DNA from: Halioglobus sp.
GTDB taxonomy: Bacteria > Pseudomonadota > Gammaproteobacteria > Pseudomonadales > Halieaceae
DNA length: 64,000 nucleotides
NCBI GenBank assembly: GCA_041396025.1
Contig: JAWKZL010000004.1
Coordinates: forward strand, 113,116 to 177,115
Direction of reading: 5' to 3'
Numbering within the stretch: position 1 is the stretch's first letter; each line of letters starts with the position of its first letter. Below are positions 29,235 to 40,162 of the stretch, in pieces. Both the position numbers and the translations under genes were made by a program. The notes under the pieces were generated by a model that made no database searches, had not been told where the DNA came from, and saw only the letters and a list, made by a program, of their open reading frames with translations.

Positions 29235-31145
29235 TTATTCTGTTTCGGCCGGGCCCGACCCAGCACCTCGCACAGGGTACCCCAGTTCTTTCAGCACCAC
29301 TGCAATTTCCTGCAAAATAGTGGGATCGTCGATGGTTGCCGGTACCCTGGGACTCTGCCCGTCGGCAAGCTGGCGCATTGTGCCACGCAGGATCTTGCCG
29401 GAGCGGGTCTTCGGCAGTCTTTGCACCACCGCGCACAGTTTAAACGCCGCTACCGGGCCGATGAGTTCTCTCACTCTGGCGACAGCAGCGGCGACAACTT
29501 GATGCGGTGTTGCGTGCAAACCACTGTTGAGAACCAGAAGTCCCATTGGTAGCTGCCCTTTCAGCGCGTCGGCAACGCCGATGACCGCACATTCAGCCAC
29601 CCCGTCTACATCGGACAGGACTTCTTCGATCGCACCTGTGGACAAGCGGTGCCCGGCAACATTGATGACATCATCCGTCCGCGCCATGACAAAGACATAG
29701 CCCTGATTGTCAATATAGCCCGCATCGCCGGTTTCATAATACCCCGGATATCGAGAGAAATAGGACGAGACAAAACGCTCGGGTGCGTTCCATAACGAGG
29801 TAAATGTTCCGGGCGGCAGCGGTGTCTTCAGCACCAGCGCGCCGATCACACCCGGCGCGACAGGCTTGCCTTCCACGTTCAGCACCTGCACGTCGTAGCC
29901 GGGAACAGGTCGCGCCGGCGAGCCGGGAACAATCGGCAACTGTTTGATACCCAGACAATTGGCACAGATAGGCCACCCGGTTTCTGTTTGCCACCAGTGA
30001 TCGATAACTGGCACGCGCAGCTTTTCCTGCGCCCAAGCCAGGGTGTTCGGGTCACAGCGCTCACCGGCGAGAAACAGTGCTTGCAAGCTCGACACATCGT
30101 AGCGAGTGAGATGCTCTGCCTCGGGATCATCCTTCCTAATTGCGCGCAATGCGGTGGGTGCTGCGAACAATACGCTCACTCCATGTTCTTCGATAACACG
30201 CCAGAAAGCACCGGCATCCGGCGTACCCACAGGTTTGCCCTCGTACAATACTGTGGTGCAGCCGGCAAACAGTGGCCCATAGCAAATGTAGGAATGTCCG
30301 ACCACCCAACCGACATCTGAAGCGGCCCAATAAACGTCACCCGCGTGCACGTTGTAAACGTGCTTCATACTCCAGTTGAGCGCGACAATCCCCCCGGCGG
30401 TGTCGCGCACCACGCCCTTTGGTTGCCCGGTCGTGCCTGAGGTGTACAGGATATAGAGCGGATCATTGGCATCGACCGGCACACATTCTACGGCTGTTGC
30501 ACCGCGCATCAGTTCTCCCCAGTCCAGATCACGACTCGGGAGCATATCAGTAGCCAGCTTTGGCCTTTGCAGCACAATACAATGCGCGGGCTGGTGCAGC
30601 GCCTGCGCCAGCGCGGCATCGAGCAATGGTTTGTAAGGCACAATATGGGACGGTTCTACGCCATAGTTTGCGGCCACTACAATCTTCGGGGTGGCGTCAT
30701 CGATACGCACCGCCAGTTCATGACTGGCAAATCCGCCAAAAACCACTGAATGCACAGCACCGATACGCGCGCAGGCAAGCATGCTTATAACTGCCTCCGG
30801 CACCATAGGCATGTAAATCAATACCCTGTCGCCCTTCACTACACCCAGAGCAGCCAGTACCCCGGCAAAACGCGCCACCTCATGCAACAGCTGCGCGTAG
30901 GTGAAGCTACGCCTGGTTGCGGTCACAGGGCTGTCGTAAATCAGTGCCGGTTGCTCACTCGCTCCGCGCGCAACGTGCCGATCCAGCGCGTTGTAGCAGG
31001 CATTGGTCACACCATCGGGAAACCAACGATCAAAGGGTGCGTTAGAGCTGTCCAACATCACCGACGGCGGTCGATACCAGAAAATATCCTGCACCGCCCT
31101 TTGCCACATCGCGGTATTCTCGCGTTCGATACCTGCAGCAACCAT
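29235..31145 (-). CDS. prpE: Propionyl-CoA synthetase
   Basis: YTSGTTGQPKGVVRD, WAASDVGWVVGHSY, DHWWQTETG, LPKTRSGKILR. Confidence 0.9.
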   Translation of the reverse strand: MVAAGIERENTAMWQRAVQDIFWYRPPSVMLDSSNAPFDRWFPDGVTNACYNALDRHVARGASEQPALIYDSPVTATRRSFTYAQLLHEVARFAGVLAALGVVKGDRVLIYMPMVPEAVISMLACARIGAVHSVVFGGFASHELAVRIDDATPKIVVAANYGVEPSHIVPYKPLLDAALAQALHQPAHCIVLQRPKLATDMLPSRDLDWGELMRGATAVECVPVDANDPLYILYTSGTTGQPKGVVRDTAGGIVALNWSMKHVYNVHAGDVYWAASDVGWVVGHSYICYGPLFAGCTTVLYEGKPVGTPDAGAFWRVIEEHGVSVLFAAPTALRAIRKDDPEAEHLTRYDVSSLQALFLAGERCDPNTLAWAQEKLRVPVIDHWWQTETGWPICANCLGIKQLPIVPGSPARPVPGYDVQVLNVEGKPVAPGVIGALVLKTPLPPGTFTSLWNAPERFVSSYFSRYPGYYETGDAGYIDNQGYVFVMARTDDVINVAGHRLSTGAIEEVLSDVDGVAECAVIGVADALKGQLPMGLLVLNSGLHATPHQVVAAAVARVRELIGPVAAFKLCAVVQRLPKTRSGKILRGTMRQLADGQSPRVPATIDDPTILQEIAVVLKELGYPVRGAGSGPAETE

Positions 31146-31305
31146 GCACCCCCCACTGATTGAAACTCTGATGGTGTTATGCGGTGGATGATAACGCAAG
31201 ATGCTGGCTGCGCCAGAACCGAACGTGCACTTGCCAACTGCCGCTTGGTCAAATCCAACCAGATGACATAAACTTCCCGCTACTCGTAAACCAGAGGCTC
31301 CGTAT

Positions 31306-32565
31306 ATGGACTTGAATACGCTTTTGACTGACGCCGCGCAACGGGCTGATCAGGACCCCTACTCGCTGCCGTTGGAAAAAATTAATATCGCCAATCCCTT
31401 CCTGTTCGCGCGTGACATCCACTATAGCTGGTTCAAACGATTGCGCGATGAAGCTCCGGTACACTACTGCCCGGAAAGCTTCTTCGGTCCCTACTGGTCC
31501 ATTACACGCTATGCCGACATCGTCACCGTCGACACCTCACATGAGATCTTCTCATCAGAACCGGCAATCACTATTGGCGATACGCAGGATACCTTTCCTC
31601 TGCCGATGTTTATCGCCATGGACCGCCCGAAACACGATGAACAGCGCCGGGTGGTAAGTCCGGTTACCGGCGCAGAAAACCTGCGCCACTTCGAGCCGAT
31701 TATCCGCGAACGGACTATCGATGTGCTGGACCAACTACCGCGTAACGAACCGTTCGACTGGGTTGAGCGCGTATCCGTAGAACTGACCACGCGCATGCTC
31801 GCTACACTGTTTGATTTTCCATTCGAGGAGCGCAGCAAACTGACACGCTGGTCCGATGTCGCCACCGCCATTCCCGGTATCGGCGTCATTGATTCAGACG
31901 AGCAACGACACGATGAGTTGATGGGCTGCCTCGCCTACTTCACCGAACTATGGAATGAACGCGTCAAGAAACCGGTCAAGAATGACCTGGTGTCAATGCT
32001 GGCCCACGGCGAGGCAACGCGCAACATGCCGCCAATGGAGTATCTGGGCAATTTGGTCCTGTTGATTGTCGGCGGCAACGACACCACCCGCTCTACCATG
32101 ACTGCCAGTGCTCTCGCGCTGCACCAGAATCCCCAACAATTTGCAAAGCCCGTGGCCAGTCCGCAACTGATCGACTCGATGGTGGCAGAAACCATTCGCT
32201 GGCAAACGCCGCTGGCACATATGCGGCGCATGTGCAAGGTCGATACAGAACTCGGCGGACAGCTGATCAAGGCGGGAGATAAAGTCATTATGTGGTATGT
32301 CTCGGGCAACCGGGACGAGCGCTTCATGGACAATCCCGATGCCTTCATCATTGATCGACCTGATGTTCGACGACACCTGTCGTTCGGTTTCGGCATACAC
32401 CGTTGTATGGGCAATAGGCTTGCAGAATTACAACTGCGTATTTTGTGGGAGGAAATTCTGCAACGCTTTGCCCGCGTGGAAGTGGTGGGTGAGCCAGAAA
32501 GGACCGTATCTTCCTTTGTACACGGGTTCACCCGAATGCAGGTGATACTGCACCCCAAATCCTGA
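31306..32565 (+). CDS. Cytochrome P450 CYP153-like alkane omega-hydroxylase
   Basis: MFIAMDRPKHDEQR, LLIVGGNDTTR, IRWQTPLAHMRR, HLSFGFGIHRCMGNRLAE. Confidence 0.92.
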   Translation: MDLNTLLTDAAQRADQDPYSLPLEKINIANPFLFARDIHYSWFKRLRDEAPVHYCPESFFGPYWSITRYADIVTVDTSHEIFSSEPAITIGDTQDTFPLPMFIAMDRPKHDEQRRVVSPVTGAENLRHFEPIIRERTIDVLDQLPRNEPFDWVERVSVELTTRMLATLFDFPFEERSKLTRWSDVATAIPGIGVIDSDEQRHDELMGCLAYFTELWNERVKKPVKNDLVSMLAHGEATRNMPPMEYLGNLVLLIVGGNDTTRSTMTASALALHQNPQQFAKPVASPQLIDSMVAETIRWQTPLAHMRRMCKVDTELGGQLIKAGDKVIMWYVSGNRDERFMDNPDAFIIDRPDVRRHLSFGFGIHRCMGNRLAELQLRILWEEILQRFARVEVVGEPERTVSSFVHGFTRMQVILHPKS

Positions 32566-32575
32566 GCGCGGATCG

Positions 32576-32610
32576 AAAAAAAGGGGCCAGCTACCTTGCG
32601 GTGCTGCCCC
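32576..32610. terminator. Terminator hairpin between the convergent CYP153 and SDR genes
   Basis: A7 followed by GGGGC-CAGC...GCTG-CCCC. Confidence 0.6.
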
Positions 32611-32623
32611 AAGCAAACGGCGA

Positions 32624-33514
32624 TTACAGCTGGGGAATCTCAGCCTGGTCTATCGGCACCTCACAGCGCCCGATACGCGCAGCACGATCCTGTAGTGTTG
32701 CCTCTGCTTCCTCAACCCGAATCATGATCACAAAGCGTTTCTCCCGCACCCCGTCGAGGCAGTAGCGAGCCAGTTCATCGAGATCCTGGAACTGCAGTTC
32801 CCAGCCGGCTTTCTCTGCCGCAACCTTGAAGTCCTGCACTGTCGGCACCGGCGCGGTCGGCTTTTCCCTGGCCAGTTCCTTGGGACGGTTGCGGTCCGTT
32901 GTCCAAATGCCGGTATCAAGCAGGCCACCGGAAGGATAGAACACCGATGCCGCGAGCCTGGTGCCTTCGCTCTGCAATTGCGCAGCCAAACACTCGCTGA
33001 TACAGGACACGGCCGCCTTGCTGGACGCGTATACCGACTGGTAGGGCAGCGGAGAGATCCCGCCGTCGCCGGAGGAGGTATTGATCACATGACCCTCTTC
33101 ACCGGAGTCGATCATACGTGGCACAAATGCCTGAATACCGTGCACCACACCGAGCACATTGACGCCGTGCACCCACTTCCAGTCGTTATCGGTGGTCTCC
33201 CACACATTGGCTGAGGGTGCAGCCACACCCGCATTGTTGAAAAGCAGGTGGCAGGCGCCATACGTATCGTAGACTTTGTCGGCCAGTGCGTTCACTGAGT
33301 CGGCCTTGGATACGTCCGTGATAACACCGATCAATTCACCAGCCCCTGAGAATTCACCGAGAACCCGATCCAGTGCCTTTTGCTCTACATCCGCGATAAC
33401 GACCTTGGCCCCGGCTGCCAGCAGTTCCTTTACCAGCGATCGCCCGATACCGCTTGCGCCCCCCGTGACTACGGCTACTTTTCCCTTAAAATCTTTCATT
33501 CGTTCCGGCTCCAT
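32624..33514 (-). CDS. SDR oxidoreductase
   Basis: TGGASGIG, NNAGV, NTSS, YASSK; alternative start at 33499. Confidence 0.92.
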   Translation of the reverse strand: MEPERMKDFKGKVAVVTGGASGIGRSLVKELLAAGAKVVIADVEQKALDRVLGEFSGAGELIGVITDVSKADSVNALADKVYDTYGACHLLFNNAGVAAPSANVWETTDNDWKWVHGVNVLGVVHGIQAFVPRMIDSGEEGHVINTSSGDGGISPLPYQSVYASSKAAVSCISECLAAQLQSEGTRLAASVFYPSGGLLDTGIWTTDRNRPKELAREKPTAPVPTVQDFKVAAEKAGWELQFQDLDELARYCLDGVREKRFVIMIRVEEAEATLQDRAARIGRCEVPIDQAEIPQL

Positions 33515-33754
33515 CAGGTGATTGGGCAGCCGTTATGCCATATTTCGTAAGGTGACTCCACCCCAAGGCAAGGTTTCTCTGCCACTGAGCCTCTATCGGT
33601 GACAAGGTGTATAAAGTAGGATAAATGTCTGAACCGGACTTCAGCTAAAAATCCGCGTCGGCACCACTGAAGGAGCAATCTTGAGCAAGCAGACGTACAT
33701 CCTGACCTTAGCGCTAGACAATGGCTTGACGCCAGTGCAAGTGGTGACATCCGC

Positions 33755-35215
33755 GTGACTGACACTGTCGCTGAGATCGGTGCGGTGCCAACCGAGGAAC
33801 TGCTGCGCCGCCTGCGGCTGTGTCTGCATCCAGACTGCATTATCGTCGAACCGGAATCGCAGCGACCGTATGAATGCGACGGGCTGCCACTGTATCGTGA
33901 GCTCCCACTGGTCGTAGTGCTGCCGGAGACTGCTGAGCAGGTGCAACAGGTGCTGAAGATCTGCTACGCGCTCGACGTTCCGGTCGTTGCCAGGGGTGCC
34001 GGTACCGGACTGTCGGCAGGCGCAATGCCACATCCGGAGGGCGTTCTGCTGGCACTGAGCAAGCTGGACCGCATACTGGAGCTGGATCCGCTGGCGCGCA
34101 CTGCCCGCGTACAGCCTGGCGTAAGCAATTTATCCATCTCCGAGACAGCGTCTGAACACGGCCTGTACTATGCGCCTGACCCTTCCTCGCAGATCGCTTG
34201 TTCCATCGGCGGCAATGTGGCGGAAAACTCCGGCGGTGTACATTGTCTCAAGTACGGCTTGACCGTACACAACATCCTGTCGCTCAAGGTACTGACTGTA
34301 TCGGGCGAAGAATTGTTGCTGGGCGGCACGGGACTGGACAGTCCGGCCAACGATCTGATGGCTTTACTGACCGGTTCAGAGGGTCTGCTGGGCATCGTTA
34401 CCGAAATCACCGTGCGACTGCTACCGATGCCTGAAATCGCGCAAGTGTTGATGGCGGGGTTCGACAGTGTCAGCGCCGCAGGTGATGCCGTGAGCGCAGT
34501 GATTGCCGCAGGTATCATTCCGGCTGGACTTGAACTGATGGATCGCCTGGCGATACAGGCAGCGGAAGATTTTGCCCACGCCGGTTATCCCCGGGATGCG
34601 GCCGCGATCCTACTGTGCGAGGTGGACGGCACACGCGAGGAAGTGGCACAGTACATTGCAGAAATAACGCTGTTGTTTGAGACACACGGCGCGAGCTCAC
34701 TTATCGTATCGACGGATGAAGCCCACCGTGCCCTCCTGTGGAAAGGCCGCAAGTCCGCTTTTCCGGCAGTGGGGCGAATTTCACCAGACTACTATTGCAT
34801 GGACGGCACGATACCTCGCGCCCGAATTTCCCATGTGCTCAACGAGATCTACAATCTGTCACAGAAATATGGCTTGGCAGTGGCTAACGTATTTCACGCC
34901 GGTGATGGCAACCTGCATCCGCTGATCCTGTTCGACGCCAGTGATCCTTTGCAAATTGAGAAATCTCGTGCGTTCGGCGGTGACATCCTGGACTTGTCAG
35001 TGCGAGTAGGCGGCTGCATCACCGGCGAGCACGGTGTCGGACTGGAAAAGTTACGCAAGATGTCGAGCCAATTCAACGCGCACGAACTTGCGCTACTCGA
35101 AGATATCAAACACGCTTTTGACCCTTACCTGAATCTGAATCCGGGTAAAGGAATACCGATACTCAAGCGCTGCCAGGAATACCGCGCACTTCCAGCTCGA
35201 CACCAGCATGACTGA
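33755..35215 (+). CDS. glcD: Glycolate oxidase subunit GlcD
   Basis: YAPDPSSQIACSIGGNVAENSGGVHCLKYG, HAGDGNLHP, TGEHGVG. Confidence 0.95.
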   Translation: MTDTVAEIGAVPTEELLRRLRLCLHPDCIIVEPESQRPYECDGLPLYRELPLVVVLPETAEQVQQVLKICYALDVPVVARGAGTGLSAGAMPHPEGVLLALSKLDRILELDPLARTARVQPGVSNLSISETASEHGLYYAPDPSSQIACSIGGNVAENSGGVHCLKYGLTVHNILSLKVLTVSGEELLLGGTGLDSPANDLMALLTGSEGLLGIVTEITVRLLPMPEIAQVLMAGFDSVSAAGDAVSAVIAAGIIPAGLELMDRLAIQAAEDFAHAGYPRDAAAILLCEVDGTREEVAQYIAEITLLFETHGASSLIVSTDEAHRALLWKGRKSAFPAVGRISPDYYCMDGTIPRARISHVLNEIYNLSQKYGLAVANVFHAGDGNLHPLILFDASDPLQIEKSRAFGGDILDLSVRVGGCITGEHGVGLEKLRKMSSQFNAHELALLEDIKHAFDPYLNLNPGKGIPILKRCQEYRALPARHQHD

Positions 35216-36296
35216 ACAAAATGCACGCTCAGAATCCGCTGATCACAGCGCGTCATTTTTGCGTACCTTGCAGATTGCACAAAAGCAACGGCAACCGCTA
35301 TACATTACTGCTGGTGGCAGTAAGCGGCATCTTATGGGGAGGGACTGTGAGTGCCAGGAACTGGACGTATCCGGACATCGCGGCATCGTCGACTATCAAC
35401 CCTCAGAGCTGGTCATCACCGCACGCGCAGGCACACCGCTTACGGAAATCGCAGCAGCGCTTGATCAATTCAATCAGGAATTGTCGTTTGAACCGCCGCT
35501 GTTCGGAGGCAGGGCCACGTTGGGTGGCACCCTGGCCTGCAACATATCAGGTCCCGCCAGACCCTGGGGTGGCTCTATCCGCGATCGCGTACTGGGTGTT
35601 TCATTGATCAACGGCAAAGGCGAGCAGCTGCATTTTGGCGGTAAGGTGATGAAGAATGTCGCCGGATATGATGTTTCGCGCTTGCAAGCCGGCGCCCTCG
35701 GCACACTAGGCGTACTGTGCGAGGTCAGCGTCAAGGTCGCGCCAAAGCCACAGGAGACGCTGACACTGTGCTACGCCATGTCTATGACAGAAGCAATCAG
35801 CTGTATGAATCGCCGCGCTGGCGAACCAAAACCACTCTCGGGCGCCTGCTGGCTGGACGGCCATCTCTATCTGCGGTTGTCCGGTGCCGCCAGCGCCGTA
35901 CATAGCACGGCAAAGCAATGGGGCGGCAGTGTCCTTGCGCAGAGTGAGACACCGTGGGAAGGATTGCGGGAAATGTCACTCCCGTTCTTTGCCGGGGACG
36001 CGCCACTGTGGCGCTTGTCACTGCAATCGAGTGCACCGGTGCACAACCGCGCGGCAGCAATGCTGATTGACTGGTGCGGTTCACAGCGTTGGCTGCGTGG
36101 CAATTATGAGTGGCAAACCATGCAGCGAGCCGCTGCCATCTCAGGAGGCCACGTTACACTGTATAGGGGCGGCAACCGCGACGCTGAAGTTCGCTCGCCA
36201 CTTGGCGCAGTAGAACAACGCTTGCAACAGCGTTTGAAACAGGCTTTCGACCCGAACGGGATACTCAACCCGGGTCGCCTGTACAGTTGGCTATAG
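35208..36296 (+). CDS. glcE: Glycolate oxidase FAD subunit GlcE
   Basis: ELVITARAGTPL, GGKVMKNVAGYDVSRL, AFDPNGILNPGR. Confidence 0.95.
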   Translation: MTEQNARSESADHSASFLRTLQIAQKQRQPLYITAGGSKRHLMGRDCECQELDVSGHRGIVDYQPSELVITARAGTPLTEIAAALDQFNQELSFEPPLFGGRATLGGTLACNISGPARPWGGSIRDRVLGVSLINGKGEQLHFGGKVMKNVAGYDVSRLQAGALGTLGVLCEVSVKVAPKPQETLTLCYAMSMTEAISCMNRRAGEPKPLSGACWLDGHLYLRLSGAASAVHSTAKQWGGSVLAQSETPWEGLREMSLPFFAGDAPLWRLSLQSSAPVHNRAAAMLIDWCGSQRWLRGNYEWQTMQRAAAISGGHVTLYRGGNRDAEVRSPLGAVEQRLQQRLKQAFDPNGILNPGRLYSWL

Positions 36297-36338
36297 TGGC
36301 GATCGATCACTGTAACAATCTCGTGGAGCGCGACGCAC

Positions 36339-37550
36339 ATGTTCGTTGAATTGCACCCGCGATTTGCAAATACTGAGGATGGCAAGACTGCGCAGGCTCT
36401 TACCAATGCCTGCGTGCACTGCGGATTTTGTCTGGCCACCTGCCCCACGTATATCGATAAACGCGACGAAAGAGACAGTCCGCGCGGCCGTATTTATCTA
36501 ATCAAAAACCTGCTGGAAACTGGCGAAGCCAGCGACCAGACACGCCTGCATCTGGATCGCTGCCTGACCTGTCGCAACTGCGAAACGACCTGCCCATCGG
36601 GCATGCAGTACGGCGCGCTCCTGGATATCGGGCGAGGACTGATTGAACAGGAAGCACCCCGCAGCCCTCTCTCGCGCAGCCTGCGATGGGGGCTGCGTTT
36701 TGTGTTGGTAAGGCCGCAACTGATCAGCTTTGCGTTGAGGCTTGGTCAAAGCATAAGTGGCCTGCTACCGGCACGGTTACGCCGGCGTATTCCGCCGCGC
36801 CAGATCAGAAAGACCGTCCCGCTGCGGCAACATCCACGCAAAATGCTGGTGCTGCAGGGCTGCGTGCAACGCGCGGCAACACCCAATACAAACGCTATTG
36901 CACAATGTGTACTGGACCAACTCGGCATCACATTGATCTCTGCTCCTGAAGCCGGCTGCTGTGGCGCTGTAAATTATCACCTCGCAGCGCAGGCCGATGG
37001 ACTGGACAATATGCGTCGCAACATCGATGCCTGGTGGCCCTACATCGAAGCGGGCGCAGAAACCATCATCAGCTCCGCTACCGGCTGCGGTGCCATGTTG
37101 ATTGAGTATGGAAGGCTGCTGGCCGATGATCCGGATTACGCAGAAAAAGCTCAGCGGGTAACACAAATGAGCCGCGACCTTGCGGAGGTTTTACAGCAGG
37201 AGGATCTCAGTCAACTCGTCGTCAACACACAGGTCGGCAAGGTGGCCGTTCACCCGCCCTGCACCATGCAGAATGCCCTGCAACAGCCCCAACTCCTTGC
37301 AACTGTGCTAACAAGCCTGGGTTTCGACATCGTCTCACCGACTCAGAGGCTGCTGTGTTGTGGTTCGGCGGGGACTTACTCGATTCTGCAACCAACGATC
37401 AGCGGGCGAGTTCGCAATGCAGCGCTTGCCGCCTTGACCGGCAATTCACCGGCACTGATCGCGACGGCAAACATCGGCTGCCAGTTGCATCTGCAAGCAG
37501 CCGCCGATGTTCCTGTCGTTCACTGGATAGAGTTACTCGACCCTCGTTGA
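36339..37550 (+). CDS. glcF: Glycolate oxidase Fe-S subunit GlcF
   Basis: CVHCGFCLATCP, CLTCRNCETTCP, CCG domains. Confidence 0.95.
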   Translation: MFVELHPRFANTEDGKTAQALTNACVHCGFCLATCPTYIDKRDERDSPRGRIYLIKNLLETGEASDQTRLHLDRCLTCRNCETTCPSGMQYGALLDIGRGLIEQEAPRSPLSRSLRWGLRFVLVRPQLISFALRLGQSISGLLPARLRRRIPPRQIRKTVPLRQHPRKMLVLQGCVQRAATPNTNAIAQCVLDQLGITLISAPEAGCCGAVNYHLAAQADGLDNMRRNIDAWWPYIEAGAETIISSATGCGAMLIEYGRLLADDPDYAEKAQRVTQMSRDLAEVLQQEDLSQLVVNTQVGKVAVHPPCTMQNALQQPQLLATVLTSLGFDIVSPTQRLLCCGSAGTYSILQPTISGRVRNAALAALTGNSPALIATANIGCQLHLQAAADVPVVHWIELLDPR

Positions 37551-37575
37551 GTCAGCCGAACAGGCGGCAATGACC

Positions 37576-38517
37576 TCACTCGTCTTCATCCGGGTCCACT
37601 TTTGACCAGCTGCCATCTGGATCAAACACCGCGATAGTATCGACGGCGATTGCGGTATCCTCGCCCATGTCTTTCTGATAGACATCACCGTCGTGATTGA
37701 CCATAAAGCTCATCACGCCGCTGACTCCATAATCTGCTGGCCAGGCGATCAGTGCCACGCCCTGCGCGAGCACGCCATCAACGTAGTATTCCTGTGCCCC
37801 GCCATCCGCAGCGCTGCCCTGGCCGTAAAGCATACGGTAGTAGTAGCCGTGGTAAGGATTGCGCTTGCCTGTCACCGCGCGGTAACCCTCCGCTGCAGCA
37901 CGCGCTACTGCCTCCCCTACGGGACTCTGCGGTTCACCCTCCTGCGCTGGCCAGAACAGGCCATTGTGCTGCCCTGGATCACTGCGTAGCTTGGCGGCAA
38001 ACAGGCCCGCCGGGTTGCCGTCGTGCCCCTCAGCAGCGTATTCAAGTTGGGCATCGACAAAACCCCGACATACCGCTATAGCGCCAAGCTCATTGCGGCC
38101 AATACGACGATAGACTATCTCGTCGACGCCCGCAGCTCCGTCCAGGTACCATTTGCCATCGCGCTCTACTATGGGTACCGGCAACGGCCAGTCATTGTCG
38201 CCAACCTGTAGCACCACTGTGTTCTCACCCTCCTCCACCAGTGAATGACCGGCCTCGTATCGCGCCAGAAAATCGGCGAGGGCATTGGCGTCGGCCACCT
38301 CATCACCGGAATCAAAAATATCTTCGCTATCAGGACCGAGCAAGGTAGCCAGCATCGCGGTGTCACGTTTCTCCAGTGCCATAATGAGTGCGCTGACGGC
38401 CTCGTCAGCGGTGTTAAACGAGGCGTGCTCCTGCGCTGCGACGAAATGTGAACAAGGGATCAGCACCAACGCCAGGAAGATCGCCCAAGCAGTGCGGTTT
38501 AGAAACTGTTTTCTCAT
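37576..38517 (-). CDS. DUF2950 family periplasmic protein
   Basis: WPLPVPI, RRIGRNEL, HNGLFWP, PYHGYYYR, AWPADYGVSGVMSFMVNHDG.VYQKD. Confidence 0.9.
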   Translation of the reverse strand: MRKQFLNRTAWAIFLALVLIPCSHFVAAQEHASFNTADEAVSALIMALEKRDTAMLATLLGPDSEDIFDSGDEVADANALADFLARYEAGHSLVEEGENTVVLQVGDNDWPLPVPIVERDGKWYLDGAAGVDEIVYRRIGRNELGAIAVCRGFVDAQLEYAAEGHDGNPAGLFAAKLRSDPGQHNGLFWPAQEGEPQSPVGEAVARAAAEGYRAVTGKRNPYHGYYYRMLYGQGSAADGGAQEYYVDGVLAQGVALIAWPADYGVSGVMSFMVNHDGDVYQKDMGEDTAIAVDTIAVFDPDGSWSKVDPDEDE

Positions 38518-40016
38518 CGCATTTTCCTCAATTTTCCACCGGACTGTGCCTTGGACGGCCGCGGACGATTAGCCATACTGTCACGGCCACGCTTGCTCGC
38601 TGCCCGCTCAAACCGGCCGCTGTCATGGGAGCCCTGAAAGCCACCGGGTCGTTTCACTGCGGGCTTCTTGAGCTGTGGTTTATTTGCAGCGCCTGCCAGT
38701 TTCCCGCCGCCTGTAGGCCGGGTGGTACCCTGCGCGTTCCCGAATCCACGATCGCGCGTACCACCGACTTGTGGCCTGTCCTTGTTAGCGAGTTTGGCTC
38801 CGGCATAAGAGCCCGTGGGTGCCTTCACCGTCGCATTGGGACGTTTGGCAAGTCCGCCAGCTTCTCGCAATTCGGGCTTTTTGCCAGCATAGCTACCCTG
38901 CACTGGCTTGCTTAGTGTTGGTTGGCGATTATTCAACGCCGTCAAGTCAGACCGCTCTTTGCGCGCGACGGTGATCGGGCTATTCGGATTTTTGCGATAG
39001 TTGTTCTTGCCACTATCGAAGCGATTGAAGTAGTTCTTGCCGTCTGTATTGACGTAAATATTATTGTTGTTGAAACCGTGCTGGTAATTCGGCGGTCGAT
39101 GATAACTGTGCGCAGGTCGATAGCCATTACCATAGCGTGGGCGATACGGCGGTGGATAGTAAGGCGGCCCACCGTACCCGTAACCCCAACGAGGATAATA
39201 GTAATCGTCGTCATCATCGTCAAACACTTCGTTGACGAGTATGCCGGCACCAAACGCGAGTAGTCCGGTGGTAATCAATTCGCCGCCGCTGTACCCCTCC
39301 GATGTCGCAGTAGTAACCTGTGTGGTAGTTGCGGGCGCGGGTGTGGTGTAGACCACTGCTGGATCGTACTGCGGCACATACACCACTTCGGGTTTTGCCG
39401 GCTGCACCACAATCACTTCCTGGTTGTTCACGCTTTCAGTGGCAACTCTCAGTTGATCAGAGCTCTGCAAGTTGCCCATATCTGCTGCCTGTTTGCGCAG
39501 TCGCTGCACAGCTTCGAGAACACCAGACTCGTCTTCTATGAAGGCGGAACCGAGCTCGGTGGTCCAGTCCATTTCCATACACATCATATCGACCACAGTG
39601 GGGAACTGGACCAGCGCAACCATCGGTGGGGTAAATCCCATATCTATCGCGGCGGACTCCAGCCCGGGACCGTTCAAGCCTGGGTTCTCTATCAACCAGT
39701 TACCGGCATCCAGCACTTCCTGGGGATTTGTTGATGTGGCAAGTACTTGGGCCAGCACCGGATCGGGATACAGTGCCACCGGAGCCAGCAGGGATTCGAG
39801 TGACTCAGCGCTATAGGTCGATGCTGGCGCCACTGCTGCCTGTTGATCGCTGTTCGCCACCGCATTTGAATCTATTGCCGATTGCTCTGCTGCTACCGTA
39901 GCAGGAGGTGGCTGCGCACTGGCTGGGGGTGCGGCATCTTCGCCGCATGCGCCGACTAATGCGATAAATACCACTGCAATGACACTCGCTACACCTGTCA
40001 TTATCTGTTTTCTCAT
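38514..40016 (-). CDS. DUF3300 family lipoprotein with low-complexity tail
   Basis: LAPVALYPDPVLAQVL, VQRLR, VYVPQYDP; lipobox VGAC. Confidence 0.9.
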   Translation of the reverse strand: MRKQIMTGVASVIAVVFIALVGACGEDAAPPASAQPPPATVAAEQSAIDSNAVANSDQQAAVAPASTYSAESLESLLAPVALYPDPVLAQVLATSTNPQEVLDAGNWLIENPGLNGPGLESAAIDMGFTPPMVALVQFPTVVDMMCMEMDWTTELGSAFIEDESGVLEAVQRLRKQAADMGNLQSSDQLRVATESVNNQEVIVVQPAKPEVVYVPQYDPAVVYTTPAPATTTQVTTATSEGYSGGELITTGLLAFGAGILVNEVFDDDDDDYYYPRWGYGYGGPPYYPPPYRPRYGNGYRPAHSYHRPPNYQHGFNNNNIYVNTDGKNYFNRFDSGKNNYRKNPNSPITVARKERSDLTALNNRQPTLSKPVQGSYAGKKPELREAGGLAKRPNATVKAPTGSYAGAKLANKDRPQVGGTRDRGFGNAQGTTRPTGGGKLAGAANKPQLKKPAVKRPGGFQGSHDSGRFERAASKRGRDSMANRPRPSKAQSGGKLRKMR

Positions 40017-40162
40017 ATTTTTTAATCCTCAACTGCAACGGACTTGAAAGTTATACAGGGTTCGCGCAAACAAAAACCGGCGCCCAGCAATAGCGGTAGC
40101 AAGCAATTATAGGCGGTAAGAAACAGATTGCATAAAACTCACGAACAGAACAGTCACAGTGT

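Noticed and set aside
33630-33700. CACTGAAGGAGCAA upstream of glcD resembling the glycine riboswitch core
   Set aside because: The upstream GGAGA and downstream CTCTCAGG elements are missing. An Infernal search with the Rfam glycine model would be needed.
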